From Candidatus Marinacidobacterium sp. (GTDB lineage: Bacteria; Acidobacteriota; Vicinamibacteria; Marinacidobacterales; Marinacidobacteraceae): 64,000 nucleotides of DNA. The notes under the pieces were generated by a model. The model searched no databases, was not told the origin of the DNA, and saw only the letters and a program-made list of their open reading frames with translations. Location: NCBI GenBank assembly GCA_965220965.1, contig OZ244852.1, positions 1,728,001 through 1,792,000 on the forward strand, written 5' to 3'. Positions 58,492-64,000 of the stretch are shown here, one piece after another. Both the position numbers and the translations under genes were made by a program. Numbering within the stretch: the stretch's first letter is position 1; each line of letters opens with the position of its first letter.

Positions 58492-59563
58492 AGCCTCCCG
58501 GGTCCGCCTCGATCGGCGTCGAGAGCGTTCCGATCCCCTCGATCTCGATGTGGACCGTCTGGCCGGGGCTCAGGAACTCGGGAGGGGTCCGGGCCGACCC
58601 CACCCCGTCGGGCGTCCCGGTGGCGATCACGTCGCCGGGATGGAGGGTCATGATCTCGCTGGCGTAGGAGACCAGGTGCGCCGCCGACCAGATCATGTCG
58701 ACGGTGGAGCCGTCCTGGACCACCCGGTCGTCGATCCGGGTCCGGATCGCGAGCGCCTGCGGGTCGGGCAGGAAGGCGCGCGGGGTCACGAACGGTCCCA
58801 TCGGGGCGGCGCGGTCGCCGCTCTTGCCGGAGAACCAGTCGGGTCCGGGGAACATCGGGTCGCCCCGGAACCGGCCCCCGCGGTCGCTCACGTCAAAGAC
58901 CACCGTGTAGCCGAACACGTGGTCGAGGGCTTCCTCCAGAGACACCCGGTAGGCCGTCTTTCCGATCACCACGCCGAGCTCGCCCTCCCAGTCGATCCGT
59001 TCGCGCCCCGGCGGGATCCGGTAGGCCTCGCCGGGGCCGATGATCGAGGAGCGGGGCGACTTGGCGAACAGGTAGGGGAAGTCGCGGTCGGGGTCGATGT
59101 CCCGCTGGACGTCCATCTCGGCGGCGTGCGAGCGGTAGTTGGCGGCGGCCGCCAGCAGGTTCGCCGGGTAGAGCAGCGGCGCGGCGAGGCGGTGGGGTTC
59201 GACCCGGAACCGGAGGCCGGCCTCCCGTCCGTCCAGATGATTCGCGATCCGGTTCAGCCGCTGAACCGCCTCCTCGCCGGCGGCGATGACCCCGATGGCG
59301 CCCGACCCGAACCCGAAGGGCGCCATGCCGGTCTCTCCCGCCACCAGGGCGTCGGCGGCCTCGAGGTCGAGGATCTCCTCTCCGACGACGATCGCCGGCC
59401 GGGGCGCGCCGTCGCCGGCGTCGGAGGCCCGGTAGGTCGCGAGCCGCCAGGGGGTCTCCGGGTCGGCCGACGGGACGGGCCCGGCGGCGGGCGGCCCGCA
59501 GGCCGCGAGCGCGACCAGCGCAGCGAGACAGAACACCAGGGTGATTTCGGATCGGGACCGCAT
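58490..59563 (-). CDS. Fumarylacetoacetate hydrolase family protein with lipoprotein signal peptide
   Basis: MRSRSE-hydrophobic-LAAC lipobox, NY..HA.E, PYLFAK, IDWEGELG, DVSDR, W..GKS.D, GDVIATGTP.GVG. Confidence 0.85.
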   Translation of the reverse strand: MRSRSEITLVFCLAALVALAACGPPAAGPVPSADPETPWRLATYRASDAGDGAPRPAIVVGEEILDLEAADALVAGETGMAPFGFGSGAIGVIAAGEEAVQRLNRIANHLDGREAGLRFRVEPHRLAAPLLYPANLLAAAANYRSHAAEMDVQRDIDPDRDFPYLFAKSPRSSIIGPGEAYRIPPGRERIDWEGELGVVIGKTAYRVSLEEALDHVFGYTVVFDVSDRGGRFRGDPMFPGPDWFSGKSGDRAAPMGPFVTPRAFLPDPQALAIRTRIDDRVVQDGSTVDMIWSAAHLVSYASEIMTLHPGDVIATGTPDGVGSARTPPEFLSPGQTVHIEIEGIGTLSTPIEADPGG

Positions 59564-59635
59564 GGCGGATAGCCTACGGGATCCCTTCGCATTCCGCCCC
59601 GGCCTCGGCCGAAGCGCATCCATGGGAGTCAGTTC

Positions 59636-60022
59636 ATGCGCCTCCTCCTCGTCCTCCTGATCGGCCTCGTCGTGGGCGCCGCGTTCGGCGCCCGCCTCGG
59701 CAGCGGCCAGGAGACCCCCGAACGGACCCGCCGGATCCCGCAGTTCGAGAACGAGCATCTCCGGGTCTGGAAGACCATCATCCTGCCGAACCAGCCGCTC
59801 TCGATGCACCGGCACGAGAACGGACGGGCCGTCGTCGCGCTCAAGGGCGGGACTCTGCACGTCGTCTACGAGGACGGCCGGGAGAAGGAGATGGTGTGGG
59901 AGTCCGGCAGCGCCTACTGGCTCGACAGGGATCCGCCGGGCGAACTCCACGGCGACGTGAACCGGGGCGACGAGCCCATCGAGGTCATCGTGGTCGAGCT
60001 GCAGTCGCAGCCCGGCGGCTGA
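59636..60022 (+). CDS. Exported cupin-domain protein
   Basis: GGGAG RBS, signal peptide, FENEHLRVW, MHRHE, H...N......EV..VEL. Confidence 0.8.
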   Translation: MRLLLVLLIGLVVGAAFGARLGSGQETPERTRRIPQFENEHLRVWKTIILPNQPLSMHRHENGRAVVALKGGTLHVVYEDGREKEMVWESGSAYWLDRDPPGELHGDVNRGDEPIEVIVVELQSQPGG

Positions 60023-60045
60023 GCGGACGGGCCCCTCGGCCCCTC

Positions 60046-61728
60046 TCAGCGGGGGCGCCGGACCGCGGTCCGGGCGTCGGGAGCGGGCGCCGCATGGGTC
60101 GTGGTCGTCCCGTCGGGCCAGCGGACGCTGAGCCCGGTCGGGACCGCGCCCTCCGGCACCCCGAAATGGGCGATGGGTTCGCTCGCCGAGAGGTAGCCCG
60201 CTTCCGGGTTCAGCGCCCGGACGAGGGTCCGCGATTCCCCCCGGGCCGTCAACTCGAGCAGGACGACCGCGCCCGGCGCGGAACGGCCCCGGTCGAGGGG
60301 TTCCACGATGAGCCACGAACCGCGCCGGGGCGTGCGGTTCTCAAAGAGACGAACCGGGCCTCCCACTTCGGTCGCGACGAGGTCGAGGTCGCCGTCGCCG
60401 TCGAGGTCGCCGGTGAGGAGGCTGCGGCCGACGACCGCGCTCGTGGTGAGGCCCTCGATATCGACCGACTCGAAACTCCCGGCGCCGTCGCCGAGGAAGG
60501 CCTGCGCCGGCTCGGCGTAGTCCGCGAGACCCGGTGAGAGGGCGACGCCGGCGTCGCGGGCCACCGCGCCGTTCAGCATGAGGAGATCGAGGTCGCCATC
60601 GAGCTCGATGTCGAGGAACCGGACCCCGAAACCGGTCCGGGGGAGGCTGGGCAGCGCGAGGCCGCTCGCCGGCGTCGCATCGAGGAACCCCATGCCGTCG
60701 TTCCGGTAGAGCGTGTTCGTCTGGGAGCGGAGGTGAGTCAGGAAGAGGTCCAGATCGGCGTCGCCGTCCACATCGCCGAGGACGACCCCCATTCCGGCCT
60801 CCGCCCTTCCCTGCCCGTTCAGCGCGGCGCCCAGGAAGAGCGCGGCGTCGGCGAACGTCCCGTCCGGCCGCTGCTCCCAGAGCAGGTTCGGCTCGCCGTC
60901 GTTCGCCACGTAGAAGTCGAGGCGCCCGTCGCCGGTGAAGTCGTGGCAGAGGACCCCGAGCGCCGGCCGGCGCTCGGCGAGGATCCCGGCGGCGCCGGAG
61001 ACATCCTCGAAGGTTCCGTCCCCGAGGTTCCGGTAGAGCGCGTCCCGCTCGTAGGGGAGGCTCTGCGGCGAGCAGAAGTCCGGCTCGCCGGCGGCGTTGA
61101 CGCACTCCTTCCCGTCCGGGTCCACCAGGTATCCCCCCACGTAGAGGTCCAGGTTCCCGTCGCCGTCGAAATCGCAGAAGGCCGAGGACGTGGACCAGCG
61201 GTCCCCCGCGAGGCCGGCGTCGGCCCGGACGAAGCGCCCGTCCTCGCCGAGATAGAGCCAGTCCTCGCCGTGGTTCGCCACGAAGACATCGGGGTCCCCG
61301 TCCCCGTCCGCATCCCCCACCGCGACCCCGACGCCGTAGCCGGCGTCGGCGAGCCCGCTCGCTTCGGTGGCGTCCCGCCAGGAACCGTCCGGCGCCTGCA
61401 GGAACAGCCGGTTCGCCGGCGCATCGGGGGCTGGTCCGCCCACCCGCTGGTGGGGAAGCGGCCCGGACTGGATCAGGTAGAGATCGAGCGCCCCATCGCC
61501 GTTGGCGTCGAAGAGCGCGGCCCCCGCCCCCATGATCGCGGCGACCGGATAGCCGGCCAGGTCTCCGGGATCGTGGACGAAACGAACCCCGGACTCCGCG
61601 GTGATGTCCTCGAAGACCGGTTGGGACTCCGCCCCCCGCCCCGTCAGGGCGGCCGACGCCGCGACGAGCGCGACCGCGATCCGAAGCGCCGGACCTGGCT
61701 GTGGCGCAGTCCTCGGCGCGGCCCTCAT
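60046..61728 (-). CDS. CRTAC1 family protein (FG-GAP repeats + ASPIC/UnbV)
   Basis: F.D.T..SG..F.H, multiple D.DGDG..DL repeats, AGMGV..GD.DGD, GY.S......HFG, V.WPDG. Confidence 0.92.
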   Translation of the reverse strand: MRAAPRTAPQPGPALRIAVALVAASAALTGRGAESQPVFEDITAESGVRFVHDPGDLAGYPVAAIMGAGAALFDANGDGALDLYLIQSGPLPHQRVGGPAPDAPANRLFLQAPDGSWRDATEASGLADAGYGVGVAVGDADGDGDPDVFVANHGEDWLYLGEDGRFVRADAGLAGDRWSTSSAFCDFDGDGNLDLYVGGYLVDPDGKECVNAAGEPDFCSPQSLPYERDALYRNLGDGTFEDVSGAAGILAERRPALGVLCHDFTGDGRLDFYVANDGEPNLLWEQRPDGTFADAALFLGAALNGQGRAEAGMGVVLGDVDGDADLDLFLTHLRSQTNTLYRNDGMGFLDATPASGLALPSLPRTGFGVRFLDIELDGDLDLLMLNGAVARDAGVALSPGLADYAEPAQAFLGDGAGSFESVDIEGLTTSAVVGRSLLTGDLDGDGDLDLVATEVGGPVRLFENRTPRRGSWLIVEPLDRGRSAPGAVVLLELTARGESRTLVRALNPEAGYLSASEPIAHFGVPEGAVPTGLSVRWPDGTTTTHAAPAPDARTAVRRPR

Positions 61729-62996
61729 CGCCCGGGTTCCGGCCGCTGCGCCCGCAGCGCGGTCAGGAACGCCTCCGGCGGTTCCGAGCCGAGTCGCCGC
61801 GCCTCGGCCACCGCCTCCCACGCCTCCTCGAAGCGCCCCAGCTCGGCGAGCGCGGCCGCGGTCAGCACGAAGGTCCCCCCGTCCTCCGGGTCGAGGCGCG
61901 AGGCGGTCTCGAGCGATCTCAGCCCCGCCTCCACCCGGCCCTGGCGGAGCAGCGCGTCCCCGAGCGCCGCATGGCCCCCCGCCTCCCCGGGCTGCGCTTC
62001 GGTGGCCCGCCGGAAGTGGAACTCGGCGGCGGGCAGGTCGCCCTCGCGCAGCGCGAGCGCCCCGAGGCCGAAGCGCGCGAGCGGCTGGTCCGGGTCGAGG
62101 GCGACGGCGTCCAGGTAGAGCGGGGCCGCCTCCTCCGGCCGGCCTCTCGCGTCGAGAACGGCGGCGAGACCGGCGAGGACGCCGGCGTCCTGCGGCCGCA
62201 ACTGGCGGAGGTCCCGGTAGAGCGGCTCCGCCTCGGCGAGGCGGCCCGCCTCCCGGGCGGCGCGCGCCCGTTCCAGCAGGCGCGGGGAGGAGATGTCCCG
62301 CGCCAGCATCCGGAAGTGGATCGGGTCCTCGACCGCCGGCAGCGCATCCGCCGGCCCTCCCGACAGCGAGCTTGCTCGCTCGCGGTCTCCGGAGGCGTAG
62401 AGCGCCTGCGCCAGCGCGGCCCGGACCGCCCCGGCCCCGGGGTCCGCTTCGAGCGCCGCCTCCAGCAGCGGAACCGCCTCGTTCGGCCGCCCGGCGGCGA
62501 TCCGGAGCGAGCCGAGGCGGAGCCGCGCCAGGGCGGAAGCGGGCTCGAGCTCGAGGGCGCGGTCGAACGCGGCCTCGGCGCCCCCCGGATCGGCGAGCTC
62601 GGCGCGAACCTCCCCGAGGAGCAACCAGGCCGGGGCGTAGCCCGGCCGCGCCGCCACGCCGCGTTCGAGGGCGGCGGCGGCCTCGGCGGGGGCGGTGGTC
62701 CGGATCGCGTGCGCGAGCAGGTAGAGCGCGGTGAGCCGGGTCGGGTCGTCGGCTTCCAGCAGACGGTCGGCTTCGCGGTAACTCACCGCGGCCTCGGCGT
62801 TCCGGCCGTGGGCGTGGAGCGCCTCGGCGTACTCGAGCCACCGGTAAGCGTCCTCGGGCCGCTCCCGCACCGCGGCCGCGCGCTCCTCGAGCAGCGCCGC
62901 CACCTGCGGCTCCATCGCCCCGGTGTCCGGGAGCGGCGGATCCACCTGGACGCCGCCGAGCGCGAGGACGAGGGTCAGGACAGCGAAGGCGGGCAC
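61725..62996 (-). CDS. Tetratricopeptide repeat protein, probably exported
   Basis: Tandem TPR units (A...LG, AL.LDP, EA...Y), N-terminal hydrophobic segment. Start uncertain (62996 GTG or 63086). Confidence 0.85.
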   Translation of the reverse strand: MPAFAVLTLVLALGGVQVDPPLPDTGAMEPQVAALLEERAAAVRERPEDAYRWLEYAEALHAHGRNAEAAVSYREADRLLEADDPTRLTALYLLAHAIRTTAPAEAAAALERGVAARPGYAPAWLLLGEVRAELADPGGAEAAFDRALELEPASALARLRLGSLRIAAGRPNEAVPLLEAALEADPGAGAVRAALAQALYASGDRERASSLSGGPADALPAVEDPIHFRMLARDISSPRLLERARAAREAGRLAEAEPLYRDLRQLRPQDAGVLAGLAAVLDARGRPEEAAPLYLDAVALDPDQPLARFGLGALALREGDLPAAEFHFRRATEAQPGEAGGHAALGDALLRQGRVEAGLRSLETASRLDPEDGGTFVLTAAALAELGRFEEAWEAVAEARRLGSEPPEAFLTALRAQRPEPGR

Positions 62997-63099
62997 GGAC
63001 GCTCCGGCGCGGGGGGTCCCGCGCGGATCACGGCATCGTACCGACCCCGGTTGCCCCGGCCGCGGCGGAGACCATCCGCGGTACATTGCGGGTCCAGCG

Positions 63100-64000
63100 A
63101 TGGAACGAGTCCCCCCGGCCGCCGGACGGCGCAGGGGCGCGTGGCTCCTCGCCCTGGCGGTCGCCGCGGCGGCGGCCGGAGCGGTGGCGGCGCAGCGCGA
63201 GGGCGCGTCGTTTCCGGCGTCGCCCGACGGGCTCGAGCTCCTCGGCTGGCCGGACGGGGCGTCCGGGTTCGCGGGGTCCGATACCTGCGCGGCCTGCCAC
63301 GGAGGGATCGCGGCCGCCCAGGACGAGCACCCGATGGCGCGGACCGCGGCGGCGCTGACCGGGGAGACGCTGGACCTCTACTTCCCGGCGGAGCGGCTGG
63401 CGCTACCGGTCCGCTGGCGGAGCGACGGCGAAGGGCGCGCCGCCTACGCCCGGGTCGACGGCGGGGTCGAACTCCGGGGGGACGGAGACGACCCGGGCGC
63501 TTCCGTTCACGCGATCTTCGGGTCGGGGCTTCGCGGCGAGACCCCCGTTCACTTCCCCGGAGACGGCGCCATGCGCGAGCTCCGGGTGTCGTGGTCCGAG
63601 GGGCTCGGAAGCTGGATCGAGACCCCGGGCTCCGAGGGCGACCGCGACGCCCTGGGCGACCTCGACCCGCCGGAGGCGACGGCGGACTGCGTGGGCTGCC
63701 ACGCCACCGCGATCCGCTGGGAGGGCGGCGCGCCGGCGGCGGAGGGCTCCGAATGGGGCGTCCGCTGCGAGCGCTGTCACGGCCCCGGCCGGCCGCATGC
63801 GGCCCGGTGGGCCACCGGGACCGGGGGCGAGGTCTTCAACCCCGGGGATCTTCCGCCCGCCGCCCAGGTTCGCTTCTGCGGCCAGTGCCACCGCCTGCCG
63901 AGCGACATCGAGCCGCTCGAGATCCTCCGCCGGGACCGCGCGCTGGCGCGCCACGCCGGGGCCAGCCTCATGATGAGCGCGTGTTTCCGGGAGTCGCCGC
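63100..64000 (+). CDS. Exported multiheme c-type cytochrome (c554-like), runs off window
   Basis: Not in ORF track. ATG at 63100, signal peptide, in-frame CAACH (63286), CVGCH (63688), CERCH-GPG..H (63766), CGQCH (63877). GFAGS..C..CH...HPM motif. Confidence 0.88.
   Translation, partial: MERVPPAAGRRRGAWLLALAVAAAAAGAVAAQREGASFPASPDGLELLGWPDGASGFAGSDTCAACHGGIAAAQDEHPMARTAAALTGETLDLYFPAERLALPVRWRSDGEGRAAYARVDGGVELRGDGDDPGASVHAIFGSGLRGETPVHFPGDGAMRELRVSWSEGLGSWIETPGSEGDRDALGDLDPPEATADCVGCHATAIRWEGGAPAAEGSEWGVRCERCHGPGRPHAARWATGTGGEVFNPGDLPPAAQVRFCGQCHRLPSDIEPLEILRRDRALARHAGASLMMSACFRESP

Overview
Very GC-rich (about 70%+), gene-dense bacterial chromosomal segment. The Oar-type TonB receptor, CRTAC1/TPR/multiheme cytochrome trio, DUF1028, PQQ propeller and TPR-AmiC suggest Acidobacteriota (inference only). 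Housekeeping core: carAB, gmk, ileS (type 2), tRNA-Lys/Glu/Phe, purA, trxB, rsmA, uppP, ftsK, amidase, recA, thiolase/hbd and a DciA-like gene. Accessory genes include catabolic enzymes (DapA-like, OCD, two FAH, LarA, penicillin acylase, lysine 6-aminotransferase, M20 amidohydrolase), a HEPN/MNT pair and a 516-bp composite MITE/REP-like element. The best candidate for an undescribed system is a Tat-exported xanthine-dehydrogenase-family molybdoenzyme operon (42.1-49.0 kb). Its FAD subunit has lost most [4Fe-4S] ligands and is translationally coupled to a small 5-Cys protein, followed by two exported uncharacterised proteins and a MocA-like gene that probably starts at CTG. Other oddities: a coupled S51-like/esterase pair in which both appear to lack a catalytic residue, IleRS2 with HNGH/KESKS motifs, a eukaryote/Bacteroidota-type CarB, a HEPN lacking its catalytic Arg, a lipoprotein FAH enzyme and probable leaderless promoters. 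No CRISPR array, rRNA, transposase or integrase was seen. All product calls come from motif recognition by eye; no database searches were run.
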